DNA of 62,850 bases, counting the filler, from Basidiobolus meristosporus CBS 931.73 (lineage: Eukaryota > Fungi > Basidiobolomycota), in NCBI GenBank assembly GCA_002104905.1. It is 3 parts of 3 records of this genome, joined end to end, with 100 filler letters (N's around TTAATTAATTAA, not from the genome) between each part and the next. Parts side by side here need not be neighbours in the genome. Positions count along the whole stretch, not along the records: positions 1 to 21,227 come from MCFE01000993.1; 2 more parts are not named here. The stretch is one strand, 5' to 3'. The position numbers and the translations under genes are program-made. Position 1 is the stretch's first letter; the number at the start of each line of letters is the position of its first letter. Below are positions 1 to 13,348 of the stretch, piece after piece. Below the pieces are notes generated by a model. It ran no database searches, was not told the origin of the DNA, and saw nothing but the letters and a program-made list of their open reading frames with translations.

Positions 1-67
1 CTTAGTCACGGGACTTTAGCTTTGTGATGGCCTTTTGACAGGATCATCTCAACAATTTTATATAGGG
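1..67. mobile_element. CACTA/CMC element terminus (ORF2-side end with TIR)
   Basis: Matches subterminal sequence at 5111-5178, 14752-14820 (reverse complement) and 48151-48215; ends ...ttttatataggg, a degenerate reverse complement of CCCTRTGAAAA. Confidence 0.65.
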
Positions 68-69
68 GG

Positions 70-445
70 TATTACCAGAGTATATCTGGAGTGTGAACAA
101 TGTTTTCCCACAATGGTGGTGAATTCTTGACAGGTTGGACACCTTGCAACGGTGGCATCTTCTGATGTAAATTCCATGGAATTGTTAAAACATGCTGGTA
201 TCAGGATGGTCTCTGGGTAATATGTTGCCAGTCACATGACAGCTAGCAATCCGTACCAAGTACATGGTAGGTTGCATCCTGGGATGACTTTGGCAAGAAG
301 TAGTAGTAAAACCTGAAAGCTCCCATTACTGATATTAGTGGAAACACGCCACTTCTCTAGCCACAACGTTACATCATTCACCAGTAGATAGATTACTGCA
401 CTCACTTGACTCCATAAAGTATCCCTGGCATTTTTTTCCACAGGT
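70..445 (-). pseudogene. CACTA transposase N-terminal fragment
   Basis: ORF 232-441 (RDTLWSQVSAVIYLLVNDVTLWLEKW) is homologous to 9333-9944; continues into the YDP..IPAC motif region. Confidence 0.75.
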
Positions 446-899
446 CCCTATGAAAAATAATTTGGTCCTGTGGGATGATTCATTCCAAATGAGCCTTCAG
501 GATCCAGTTTGGAGACTATTGTAATACCAGCAGCTTGGAATCAGTGACCCTCTCAATAATCTTGTAATGGGATCACAATGACATTTGGCTAATTTTTCTA
601 CAAAATAAAGTTAAAGAACTTGAAGGGGTTTAATTGGTGCTGTAGCAATTGTTTTGTGGCATTGTTGCAGTCTTAATGTGCTCTACAACTATTTTAAATG
701 GATCTGACCAGCTAGTACATCCAGTAGCCTGATATAGCAAGAAACATGACAGTGTTTTGACGGCCTCATTGCAAGTCTCCAATGGCATTATTATGGCAGT
801 ATTGCAGCCTACAGCTAGTTCTGAACAATGCTACTGTACCCATTTACCAAATGGTATTTCCTTTCTGTACCGTCACTTGTGCAATTCATATATTACACT

Positions 900-2990
900 G
901 AAGAATAGCCCCTCTGCATTTGCATACCCACTAATTGTTTAATATCTGCAAAGTATTTTTCAGTATTTAGCCAATATAGTCCTTCTCCCTGCTAGACTCT
1001 AGTCCCCCTCATAGGTGCACACTGGCTCTTATTTGTGTGAATTCAATATATAATGGTGTAGAAGTTGGCTTGTGACCAAGAGAAACCCAGCATACTTTGG
1101 TAGAGCTTTCCTAATAAAAATTAGTTGCTTGTTGCACCCAACACAACTTTGCATTACTTAACTAATTACCCTTTCATTGGGGCTGCCTAGCTTCTTAATG
1201 CCATAGGCATAGGTGTCTCCATGTGCACATTTGTCCTCAGTATTTTCCAACTCTTCCTGGCTGTCCTCCATGTACCAACTCATCACATGCATCACAGACT
1301 TGAAGGTAATATTCTTGATGATATTGGGATATGATAATACCAGCAACTTAGCTTGTCTTCCTATCTCCCCACACATCCACTCCATAGGAAACTCCCAAAA
1401 GGTGAAGCAAGGCCCAATATTCGCCACACACCAAGCTAGATGGAGAAAAGAATGGATACAGTAGTGGCAGAGATCACACATTCAGCTTTATGCCTGTAGT
1501 ATAGCAGCTCAAATCCCATCACAAACTCCTCACAAAACAGCTGTAGATGCATCAAGTTGGCATTGGTAATCCACTTTGGGATAAATATTCCTAAAATGTC
1601 CACATATGACTCCCAATGCTTCCAGTGTACTCTTGGTAGAGCCAGTTTCAGAGCATCACTTGAAGAAATACATATCCAGTTCATCCAGTCTTTGCTTTTG
1701 TATTGCTGCATAAGCGTATAAATATTGATTTGAGCCTGTGGGAAGTACTTAGGGTAGCAAATACTCTGTAATATCTTGTCAATTCTTTCATATTACTCCG
1801 GTATCTCAAAGAGCTCATTTAGCTTAAAATGCTCCATTTACAACTTAGTCATCAGTATATGGATATTGCTGAAAAGCAAATGCATTGCTCACAGTGGAAA
1901 GCTTTTGCTCCAACTGATACCCCCTATATTAGGTATATCTGGTTTTAGATTGATTCTATATTCAAGCCAATGGCTTGTAGCTTGCTAACTTTGCAGCAAA
2001 CGCATGCTGACTTGTGTATGTTCTCTCTGTGAGAAGATGATGTTCTTAGTGCTGATATTTGGGTAATGATAATGTGTGTAAGTTATGGAATAAATCCCCT
2101 GGATCCCACTCACTCAACAGCAATACCTTCCATTGTGCACAGAAAAGCCAGCTATCTTGCTGATGGCTGGTGTATCTCCAATGCAGATAATAATTTGCAC
2201 TTTGACATGGCAGTCATTTACTCTTATCCTGCTGAAAAGCATACAAAACTCATCCAGCAATGGATACAGGTAGCTATCCAGGTTGGACAGTGATTTAGGC
2301 CCAGGTACCAGTAAGAATACCATCAAATTCCTGCTCTGATACTGCAAGATAGGTGGCAGATTCAGGCTGATGAGAATCAGTGGCCTGCAGGATTTGCTGG
2401 TAGAGTTTTTGTTTAATGAGAATCCATCAAGTGCCAAAGCAAGGGCATGGTCATACATACCTTCAAAGTAGCCCTTGCTTCTTAGCTGTTTGTAATGTTT
2501 GCCATTGAGTCTATTGGATATGTTTGCACTTGATTTTTACTAAGTGCAGTACTTTATAGCTTCACAAGACAAACTGCATGAGCTTCCTTAGACAGGGTAA
2601 TGCCAGAATATATCTGGCATGTGAACAATGTTTTCCCTCACTGGTGGTAGATTCCTGACAGTTTTGACATGTTACAATGGTGGCATATTTGGATGTCAAT
2701 GCCATGCAACTGTTAACACATGCTGGAATCAGGATAGTCTCTGGGTCATATGTTGCCAGCCACATGATGGTTGTCCACTTGTCTCATATACATGGTAAGT
2801 TGCATCCTGGAATGATTTTGGCAAGTGTAGTAATAAATCCTCAAAGCCCCCATGTTGTTGTTGGTGCAGCAGTGACTGATGAATGGTTGAACATGACTTG
2901 TGTGGTAGAATATTGGCCATGATCCTTGTAATTCTTCCCATGCTCTCTGCATGCTTCATGAAGGAGAGGCATGCTACAATAGCCACAAGG
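900..2990 (-). pseudogene. Tnp2-family (Transposase_21 plus DUF4218-like) transposase
   Basis: Fragments YDPETILIPACVNSC, LALDGF..PLILISLNLPP, LVPGPKSLSNLDSYLYPLLDE, CIGDTPAISKIAGFSVHNGRYCC and HYCIHSFLHLA..GPCFTFWEFPMEWMCGEIG; many stops and frameshifts. Confidence 0.85.
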
Positions 2991-3249
2991 TCTTTTTTCT
3001 CTTCTCTTATGGTGTTGAATCAAAGTAGTCTTGTCCATGAGGCAAACAGTGTGACCTTCAACAAAGTAATGCTATTGTATCACTTTTTGGTCAATACACA
3101 TAAAAATTTAAGACAGTCTTGTACTTGAGACAATGCACCAACATGAATGTAAGATTCAATGATGACCCACCATAGTAAGTGTTAGAAATAAAGTCATGGC
3201 ACCACATACCCATGTATATGTAACACTATTTCCCCTGTGGTTTGACTTG

Positions 3250-4950
3250 CTTCCATATATATGCCACCTTAAAATAAGGCAAAGTTATCTGGTACCCAAC
3301 CAAACCCCACCACTGATGGCAGCAGAAGATTGGTTGGTCAACAGCTTGCTTTGACACTCAGTACAACAAGTGGGACTAGATCCAAACAGTCCATGTTGAC
3401 AGTGTGCCCACTGAAGGTAATAATGCAGACTCCTCAGGCTCTCAGTCAAGTAGGCAATCAAGAACCTCTGGAGAGCTGCAAGCTTATCATTATGCTCAGG
3501 CAGATGGGTGTGTAGCAAACGCTGCACCATCAGTTGAAGACCAGTAAGTGGCTATCATAACATCACCATCACCCATACTAGTAAGTATGTTGTCAGCTCA
3601 TACTGAAGCATTAATGAAGCAATTTGGTTCAGTGACTGATAGGATAGATGCAATGGCCCAGTGAAATCAGGAAATAGTCCAGAGACAGGATGAGTGAATA
3701 ATACATGTAGAGCAATTAATTCCCCAGGTAGAGAAAGCAGTATCTTTGCTGCAAAGAAGGAACTCAAGTAGCTCCATGTTGCAGCCAAGAATTGAGCTAT
3801 TTCCTAATGTAAAGAGAGAGGAACACCATACACTCTTTGTAGCACAACAACAGTGCCCAAAGATAAAGCCTACAGAAAAACCCATTACAGCATGGGGGAG
3901 AGAAAATGGTGTGTTTATACCAAAGCCTAAAAATTGAAAGACATTGAAGATCTGTGTAGGTGTTGAGCACAATTTGAAGAGTGGGCTGATATTCAAGAGG
4001 CTGTTATAGGTCTAGTATGCCAATCCCTTAAGGCTGGCATACCATAGGACCATCAGGAACTCAAGGCCAAGAAAGTATCTCAACAATTGCAGAAACTATA
4101 AAAGGCAGAAGAACAGAGGTGTAATGGCTAAAAACCAGAGGCTTCCTCAAGAGCCTGTTACAAGCAGGGCCAGAAGCTTGAAACAAGTATCACAGACACA
4201 TCAGGTAGCTGGAAGAGGGCCAATAAGGGATTAGCAGGCAGACACAGATACACAACACAACATTCACCAAGGAAAAAGCATGGTTCTACTCAAGAAGCAC
4301 CCAGTCAAAGTGGCAGTGAAGGACCTGGTTGAGGTACACTCCAGTGTAGCAGATGAGTTTGCAGAGAAAGGCAATTTGCTGACCACAGCCTCCACATCCT
4401 CCACTATTGATAGAGTGGAGACCCCTCTGACAGTCAAAGTGACAATTTTAATCACTCAAAAGTTATAATAATGCCTTCAGTGGAATTTTGAAACATTAAT
4501 AGTCATCCCAAGAGGTTGCGGCACTTCTTCCAGAGCAGAGCTCAAGAAAATCAACTTGAATATTGGAAGGATCTATTCCAGGCACTGGCTGATGAGGTGC
4601 TAAATCTTGCAGTGCTGGCTGAAGACCAGGACATATGGGAACCAGTGATTGAACAGTGGCATAAAGCCATAGGGTTCCCCCAAAGTCATGAAAACAGAGC
4701 ATTACAGCAGATATACTTATTGAGTGATGGATCTCAATGGAGTTACTTGTTGAGTATGGGGTTGGGCTTAATGTTACTGTTGGGTATAGGGACTTGTATA
4801 GGTCAATACAATTGGCAATCAAGGTACAAATGAAGTTTGAATGGAAATAAAGCATTCTGTATGCATAAAAAGTAAGAGAAATGATTGAGTCAGAAAGTAA
4901 GGAGTGTGAAAAAGAGGTAATAGTCAATCAATACATACAAGCACAGGAGG
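3250..4950 (+). pseudogene. CACTA accessory ORF2 (uncharacterised, TnpA-like position)
   Basis: Fragments 3746-3937, 4280-4468 and 4516-4833 (RHFFQSRAQENQLEYWKDLFQALADEVLNLAVLAEDQDIW) recur in about 9 places, always linked to the CACTA end or transposase. Confidence 0.7.
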
Positions 4951-5178
4951 TGATAGAGTGTCTGGGATCAGAAAGTGCAAAATTGGTAAAGAATTAATCA
5001 TAGCCACTTTTGTATTGTTGCAATGAAAAATTTTGAACAAGTTATATGTGAAATCTGTAGTGCAATTATTGTTTGATGGTCATGCATAGTGTCCTGGCGG
5101 AATCAATACATCTTAGTCATGGGACTTAGAATCTATGACTGCCTTTGAATGATATTAACACAACAACTTTTCATAGGG

Positions 5179-6490
5179 CAAATGTTGCACTTGCATAACT
5201 GTTTTTGCTTGCTTCTCCCTTATTGGAGCTCTCCCTGCCACCTGATGTTTCTTTGCCACTTGTTTAAAGCTTTTGGCCCTGCTTGTAACAAGCCCTTGAG
5301 GACATCACTGGTACTTAGCCATAGCAACCTTTTTCATCTGCCATTAAAGGTCTTGCTATTATTAAGATACCTTCTTAGCATACCAATGATAACTCATAAT
5401 CCATTTGCTTGTTTGAGTTTGAGATAATGCTCACGGAGCAGATCAAATGCTTTCTGCTTGGCCTTGACTTCCTGGTGTTCCTGTGATAAGCCAACCCCAA
5501 GGTGCAGACATGCCAGACTACTTATAGCCTCTTGAGTTTTAACCCATTTTTTATCATTGTACACAACAGATTCAAAGGTATTTGATGTTTAGGCCATGGC
5601 CTTAATATCATAATCTCTCCTTCCCATATTTTGATGGCTTTTTTGTGGGATTTAACTTTGGACACAATTATTGTGCTTCAAAGACTTTATGCTGTTCCTC
5701 TGCAGTTACATCACAAATGGCTTAGTCCCGGTATGTGACACTGAGCTACTTGAGTTACATTTTTGTGGCAAACAGACTGCATTCACTGCCTGGGATATTA
5801 AGTGTTATACATATGTTATCTATGCATCCTGTTTTGGGACTATTTCTTAACCTCTCCAGGCCTGCACATCAGTCCTATCAGGCACAGCAGCTAATTACCT
5901 CATGATTGCTTTGGTATAAGCTAGTAACATACTAGCTTACAATGGTGGTGGTAATGCTATAAAGATCATTTGATGGTCTTCCACTGAAGGTATGAAATTT
6001 GCTACATTTGCATCTGCCTGTGCATTATTGTCAATGTATAGCTTTGCAGAGAAGCTTAATTGCCTATTTTACTGATGGATTGAGGAGTTCTCATCATTAC
6101 CTTCAGTAGGCACACTGTCAACATGCCCATTGTTGAATGTAGCTCTACTTATTGCAGTAAGTGTCAAAGAAAGCTATTATCCAACCTTTTTTCTGCTGTT
6201 GTCAGCAGTGGGGCTTGATTTGAAATCTGTCAACTTTGCTTTGTTTGTGGTGGCATATATGGTAGTGAGTCAAACAAAATAGAAAATAGTGTTATACATA
6301 CATGTGTTGGTATCACTAACTTACTTATAATGTTGACAATGATGGACCATCATTGAATCTTACATTCCTATATGTTCAACTTCTCATATACAAGGCTGTC
6401 TTAAGTTACATCAGTATTAACAAAAAAGCGGTATTATATCATTACATTATCTGGTCTGAAGCTGTATTTCCCATGGACAAGACCACTTTG
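5179..6490 (-). mobile_element. CACTA ORF2 fragment (separate copy)
   Basis: Nucleotide similarity to 7700-9170 and to the reverse complement of 3050-4200. Confidence 0.7.
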
Positions 6491-6499
6491 ATTCAATAC

Positions 6500-8800
6500 T
6501 GTAATTTGCTCACTTTCTGATCCTGGACACTCTATTGCCTCCTACATTTGTGTGAATTGGTTGGCTATTGCCTCTTTTTCACACTCCTTACTTCCTGACT
6601 CAACCGTTTCTCTTACTTTTCATGTGTACAAATTGATTTATTTGCATTGAAACATCAGTTTTACCTCAATTGCCAATTGTATTGACTTATACAAGTCTCT
6701 ATGCCCTACACTAACATTAAGCCCAACCCCACACTCAACAAGTAACTTCATTGAAATCCTCCACTCAATAAGTATTTCTGCTGTGACACTCTGGTTCCAC
6801 AACTTTGGCAGGAACCCAATGGCTTTATGCCACTGTTCATTCACTAGTACCCACACATCCTGGTCTTCAGCCAGCACTGCAAGGTCTAGCTCCTCATCTG
6901 CCAGTCTTTGCAATAAATCCTTACAATATTCCAGTGCGTTTTCTTGAGCACTGCTCTTGAAGAAGTGCTGCAGCCTCTTGGTGTGCTTATTGATGTTCCA
7001 AAACTCCTCTGATGGCATTGCAATATTCTTTTGAGCTCTTGATCTTGTAGTCTTGTCTGTCAGTGGGATCTCCACTTTGTCAACAATGGAGAATTTGGTG
7101 GCTGAGGAGGCTGTGGTAGAAGAATTGCCTTTTTCAACAATCTCATCTACCTTGCTGGAGTGGGGCTCAACTGGCTGTACTTCCAACTCTTGTGAAAGCA
7201 GCTATTTCCTTGTTAGTGACTCTTCTTAGCTATGATAGGATTCAGTCTGTTCCTGGCTTGAGGTGTTAATTGGCAAGAACTGCACTTTTTTTTGCATATC
7301 TTCCCTGTCTCAGGCTTGGGTAGACATTTTTCCCTTTACCTTTTCCTTTATCACTGCCAGGTCTTTCACTGCTACTTTGCCTGGGTGCTTCTTGTAAAGA
7401 GCTACATTTTCTCCTGGATAGGTTCTGCTCTGACACATCCGTTTTGGCCTGCTTGCCCCTTGCTGGCACTCTGATGGCAACCTGACATTTCTTTTCCGCT
7501 TGTTTTGAGCTCTCAACTGTAGTGGTGACAGGCCCATGTAAAAGTGGCTGGTTTTATCACTGCCAGGCCCCTCACTCCTACTTTGACTGGGTGCTTCTTG
7601 AGTGATACTATGCTTTTTCCTTGACAAATGTTGTGCTGGTGCATCTGTGTCTGCCTTCCAGTCCCTAATTGGCATTCTTCCAGCTACCTGACATCTCTTT
7701 GATGTTTGTCTGGAGCTTTTGGCCCTGTTTGTAATGGGCTTTTGAGGAAGCCGCTGGTTTCTAGCCATGGTACCCTTGTTCTTCTACCTTTGATAGTTTC
7801 TGCTATTCTTAAGATACTTTCTTAGCATACCAATGCTGGCCCAAAATAAGCTTGCCCATTTGAATCCTGGAACATGCTCATGGAACAAGTAAAGTACATT
7901 CTACTTGGCCTTGAGTTCCTAATGGTCCCATGGTATGCCAGCCATCAGGTGATGGCATGCTAGACTTCTGATGGCCTCTTGTAGATTAGCCCACTCTTCA
8001 TTATTGCACTCAACACCTACATGGATCTTCAATGTCTTTTAGTTTTTAGGCTTTGGAATAAACACACAATTTGATCCCTCCCATTCTGTGATAAGTTTTT
8101 CTGTAGGCATTATCTCTTGGCACTGTTGTTGTGCTACAAAGACTGTATGGTGTTCCTCTGCTGTACATCAGGAAATGGCCCAATTCTTGACTGTTACATG
8201 GAGCTACTTGAGTTCCTTCTTTGCAGCAAAGATACTGCTTTCTCTACCTGGGGAATCAATTGCTCTACTTGTATTATCTGCTCATCCTGTTTCTGGAATA
8301 TTTCCTGATTTCTCTGGGCCAATGCATCTATCCTATCAGCCACTGCACCTAATTGCTTCATTAATGCTTTGGTATGAGTTGACAACATACTTGCTAACAT
8401 GGATGGTGACAATGTTATGTCCACCACTTGATGGTCTTCAACTGAGGGTACTGTGTTTGCTATATTCTCATTTGCCTGGGCATAGCAGTCAGCTTGTGGT
8501 GCCACCAAGGTTCTCAATTGCCTACTTGATTGAGAGCCTTAGGAGTCCGCATTATTACCTTTAATGGGTACACTGTCCACAGTGCCTTTTTTGGATGTAG
8601 CCTGCTTGTTGCACTGAATATCAAAGCAACCTGTGTTCCAACCATCTTCTGTTGCCACTAGCAGTGGAGCTTGGTTGGGAACCAAACAACTTTGCTTTAT
8701 TTTTTGGCGGCATATATATAGAGGTGAGTCAAACCACAGGGGAAATAGTCTTACATAGACATGAGTATGTGGTGCCACAGCTTTATTCATAATGCTTACT
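6500..8800 (-). pseudogene. CACTA ORF2, best-preserved copy
   Basis: ORF pieces 8194-8517 (coiled-coil-like), 7310-7768 and 7266-7469 (basic, low complexity), 6638-7186 (helical C-terminal domain). Confidence 0.7.
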
Positions 8801-8881
8801 TTGGTGGGTCACCATTGAATCTTACATTCATGTAGGTTCAATATCTCAAATACAAGACTGTCTTAAGCTCACATGACTATT

Positions 8882-9092
8882 AGACTTGCTTCATTGTGCC
8901 ATTGATCATAGTGCCCAGAAGTGCTGTATATTTTGTTATTAATTTGATATTTTAGGGTCATATGCATGTCAATTTTGATCCCAAATTGGTACTGTATGGC
9001 ACTAGCTGGCACTCTGTGGGATGATCAGGCACCATCTGGCATGCTATGGCACTATTGGGCACTATGATCAGCTGGGATGATGGAGCAAGTCT
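8882..9092. mobile_element. 211-bp MITE of the Harbinger-like family
   Basis: TIRs AGACTTGCT(T/C)CA, ATT TSD at 8879-8881 and 9093-9095, subterminal GTGCC/GGCAC motifs; absent from paralogous CACTA sites (about 6415, about 49080). Confidence 0.85.
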
Positions 9093-9332
9093 ATTGACCA
9101 AGAAGTGGTATACTAGTGTTACATTGTTTAAGGTCAACCTGTTTGCCTCATGGACAAGACTACTTTGACTCAGCACCATAGGAGGAGAAAAAAGGCCATG
9201 TGGCTATTGTGGCAAGCCTCTCAGCCGTGAAGCACACAGACAGCATAGGAAGTATTATAAGGATCATGGCTAGTGTTTTGCCACCCAAGTCATATTTGAC
9301 CATTCATTGGTCACCACTGAACCAACATTATT

Positions 9333-11900
9333 GTGCTGGCCAGTGATACTTTTATTTTGGCACCTGGCCGTCTTTGTCACCTTGCGCAAACTAAGTCAGG
9401 TGAGTTTGTGACACCTTTAGGCTTACCTCAGCATTCTGAATTTGGCAAGCAGAGTGATAGCTCTGACAAAAAAGGTTCACTGATGGATCTTGAGCCTATC
9501 TCCCCTAACTACAGTACCACATATGAGCCTTGTCAAATCCCCATATGCAATGAGACATCACCCATTGAAACAGATGCTAAGGATACTTTATGGAGCCAAG
9601 TGAGCCCAGTAACTCATCTACTGGTGAATGATATAAAGTTGTGGCTAAAGAAGTGGTGCATTTCCAGTAATAGCAGTAATGGGGGCTTTAAGGATTTATT
9701 GCTACTTCTTGCCAAAATCATACCAAGTTGTAACTTACCATGTACATGGCACAAGTGGATAACTACCAAGCAGCTGGCAACATATGATCCAGAGATGGTC
9801 CTGATTCCAGCATGTGTTAACAGTTGCATAGCATTCATATCCAAAAATGCTACCATTGCAATGTGTTCAAATTGTCACAAGTTCACCACCATTGAGGGAA
9901 ACATCATTCACACTGTGGAAATATTCTGGTTGTACCTTGTCTGAGGAAGCTGATGCAGTCCAACAAATATTGCAAAGCTATACAGCACCACACTCAGTAT
10001 CAATCAAGCACAAGCACATCTGATATAATTGATGGCAAACATTACAAACAGCTAAAAAGCAAGGGCTACTTTTTTACTCTACCAGCAAATCCTGCTGGCC
10101 ACTGATTCTCATCAATCTGAATCTGCCACCCATCTAACAGTATCAGAGCAATAATATGATTGTACTCTCACTGGTATCTGGGCCCAAATCACCAGCAAGT
10201 CTTGAAAGCTACCTGTATCCATTACTGGATGAATTTTGTATGCTTTCCAGCAGGATGAGAGTAAATGGCTGTCATGTAAGAGTGTATATTATTATCTGCA
10301 TTGGAAATATCCAAGCCATCAGCATGGCAGCAGGTTTTTCCAGGCACAATGGACAGTATTGCTGTCAAGTGTGTGAGATTTAAGGAACTTACCCCATAAC
10401 TCATACACATAACAATTACCTAAGAACCAGCACTAAGAACATTGTCTTTCCACAGAGGGAATGTACTGAAGTAAGCATGCAACTGCAGCAAAGTTGGCAT
10501 GCTATCAGCCATTGGACAGAATATGGAATCAGAAACGGGAGATACTTAAGATACAGGGTATCTTTTGGAGCAAATGCTTTCCTCTGGGAGCAATGCTTTT
10601 GATTTTCAACAATGTTTCTATACCAATGAACAAGTTATAAATGGGACATTTCATGCTAAACAAGCCCATCAAGATACTGGAAAAATTTGAAAGACCAGGT
10701 AAAATACTAATGAGTATCTGTTAGCCTAAGTACTTTGCACAGGCTCCAATCAATATGCATATGCATATACAATAATACAAATGCAAAGACAGGATGAACT
10801 GGATATGTATTTATTCAAGTGGTGTTCTGAAGCCATTCCTACAAGGAGTATATAGGGAGTATTAGGAGTAATATGTGGACATTGAAGGAATATTTATCTG
10901 GAGGCAGATCACCAATGTCAACTTCACACATTTACAGCTATTGTGTGAAGAGTTTGTGACAGGATTTGAGCGGCTATACTATATACATAAAGCTGAACAC
11001 GTAAATCTCTGCCACTACTGTATCCATCCTCTACTCCATCTTGCACAGAGTGTAGAGAATATTGGGCCTTGCTTCACCTTTTGGGAGTTTCCTAAGGAGG
11101 GGATGTGTGAGGAGATAGGAAGACAAGTCAAGTTGCAGGTACTACAATATCCTATTCTCATCAGGAGTATTACCTTTGAGTCTGTCATGGATGTGATTGG
11201 ATGGCACATGGAGGACAGCCAGAAAGAGTTAGAAGATACTGAGGACAAATGTCATATGAAGACACCTATGCCTATAACATTAAGAAGCTAAGCAGCCTCA
11301 ATGCATGCGTAAGCAGTTAGGTAATGTAAAGTTGGATGGAGTGCAACAAGCTGCTAATTTTTATTGGGAAAATTCTACCAAGGTATGCCGGATTTCCCAG
11401 AGTCACAAGCCTACGTATACACCATTCAATACAGAATTCACATAAACAAAAGCCGGGGCACATCTATAAGGGGGACTAGAATCCAGAAGAGAGAAGGAAT
11501 ATATTGGCTAAATACCAAGAAGTTCATTGCAGATATTCAGGAGGTATTCATGGCAAATGTGGCAACAACCAAGCATATGTTTGTAAGATGTATATGCTAA
11601 CAGCAGTACAAAGTATATGGCAACTTGCAAGTATCACACTAAAAAGCTGTAAAGTAGAGGTGATAGAAGTATGTCAATTGCAGCAGGTGTGTGCATTTGT
11701 AGAGGTTAGTATGCAGGAGGCCATAGTTTTTTTTGATTTGAACTATATATGGAATACCCAAGGCAGTAGTATGTAAGCAAATAAAAAGGTGTAATCCAAC
11801 AGTGTAATATATGAATTGCCCATGGGAAGGTAGAAAAAGGAAATACCATTTGGTAAATTGGTACAGTGGCATTATACAGAACCAGCTGTATGCTGTCATA
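9333..11900 (+). pseudogene. Tnp2-family CACTA transposase
   Basis: ORFs 9333-9944, 10156-10383 (VSGPKSPASLESYLYPLLDE..AGFSRHNGQYCC) and 10875-11291 (HYCIHPLLHLAQSVENIGPCFTFWEFP). Confidence 0.85.
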
Positions 11901-12254
11901 CTGCCAATATAATGCAATCAGAGTCTTGCTGAGAGGCCCTCAAAATACTGTCAAGCTTCTTGCCATATAAGGCAATTGGATATCCTGGCCAACTGGATCC
12001 ACTTAAAATAGCTGTGGAGCACTCAAAGACTGCAACAATATCACGCAAATATTGTCACAGCACCAATAAAATATTGTCTAGTTATATCCTTTTATTTGGT
12101 TGTGAAAATAGCAAAACACTGTCATGATCCCATCATAAGATTGTTAGGAGGGTCATTAATTCCAGGCTGCTGGTATTATGATGGTCTCTCAACAGGATCC
12201 TGACAGCTGATCTGGAATGGATCTACCTACAGGACCAGATTATTTTTCATAGGG

Positions 12255-12402
12255 TGTATTCCCCATTGCATTAGATTAGAGACAGAACCCAAGTATTCCT
12301 AGCAAGCTTTTGCCAGAGGTTGTTGCACCCAGTAAACACCCACATCCATTACACTTGAGAAGTGTTGGATGTTTCTCTCCCTTGGACTTATACACTGATA
12401 CA
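12255..12402 (+). repeat. LTR-B 3' fragment
   Basis: Matches 20430-20575; ends ttatacactgataca followed by ccat; cut on the left by the CACTA TIR. Confidence 0.8.
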
Positions 12403-12895
12403 CCATGGATAGTCTTTAATTTGTTGGGCAACTCCTTTACACTGCTAATATATTGTGATGCTCCAGAGTCAATATACCTTTCCTTACTTTGGTTACCTGC
12501 ACTCACTTGTACAATTACAAGTTACAGATGATAAGTAGTTATATGGCTGCCTGCTCTAGCTTTTTTTTTGTCTGCTGCTTTCTTCTTACATTCTCTTGCC
12601 TAGTGTCCTGGCTTCTTACAGTAGTTACAGCAACCAGGTTGTCTTTAGTTTTGTTGCTTTCCCTTCTTTTCTTTGTGCCTTTCTGAGCTGAATAAAGTAT
12701 TACCTTCAATTTTCTTTGCTTGATCATTTTGTCTGAGTTCTCCATGGAGAAGTCTTCCTTTGACATAGTCTAAGGTCTGATTGTCTTCTCTGCTTTCAAA
12801 TGAAAGATGAGTGGGTCACACTTGCCTGGTAAACCGCAATGTAGACAGGGTATCTTTTCCTCATCATCTACACCACCATTGATACTATAAAGTTC

Positions 12896-13270
12896 TTATG
12901 CAAGTTTCTCCATTCTGATAATGCATTTCAGCATGTCATCATCTTGCTTCATCCATATGTTGAAAAACTTTTGTTTTAAATAAAGCTTACTTGATACTGA
13001 CTTAGCTCTAAAGATACCCTCCAAGGATTCCTGTGCTGCTTTGGCAGTATTTGAAGCATGAATTTGTCCAATGAGGGAATCTTGCACATTGATATATAAG
13101 GCATCATAGGCATTTCTTTCCTTCTTTTGAAACTTCTCCACTTCTTCTGCTGTTGCTTTGGGCTTAACTTCTCTTCCTGTTACTATACTCCAAAGCTTTC
13201 TTTCCTCAAGGCAGATCTGCATCTTGATTCTCCAAGGTCTGTAGTTCTGCCCATTAAGCCTCAGCTTCAC
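12896..13270 (-). pseudogene. gag: Copia gag fragment
   Basis: DUF4219/Retrotran_gag_2-like motifs (NYRPW.IKMQ, SKLYLKQKFFN). Confidence 0.8.
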
Positions 13271-13336
13271 AGGGAAGATGTTCGTATTGTTCTGTTTGCT
13301 GGTAGATGTCCTCTTTAGAATAGATTAAGGCAGTTG

Positions 13337-13348
13337 GGGCTCATAACA
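13337..13348 (-). promoter_or_regulatory. Copia primer-binding site (internal initiator-tRNA-Met type)
   Basis: TGTTATGAGCCC abutting the LTR end resembles the GGTTATGRGCCC half-tRNA PBS of Copia/Ty5-like elements. Confidence 0.65.

Larger units (their letters stand above)
446..5178. mobile_element. CACTA/EnSpm (CMC) DNA transposon, copy I, TIR-bounded, decayed
   Basis: Left end CCCTATGAAAAATAAT at 446; right end aacttttcataggg at 5178; contains a transposase (-) and a divergent ORF2 (+); no matching TSD. Confidence 0.8.
6490..12254. mobile_element. CACTA copy II (inverted relative to copy I; ORF2 end truncated)
   Basis: Right end attatttttcataggg at 12254 (reverse complement CCCTATGAAAAATAAT, same as 446); ORF2 on minus at about 6500-8800, transposase on plus at about 9333-11900. 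Confidence 0.8.
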
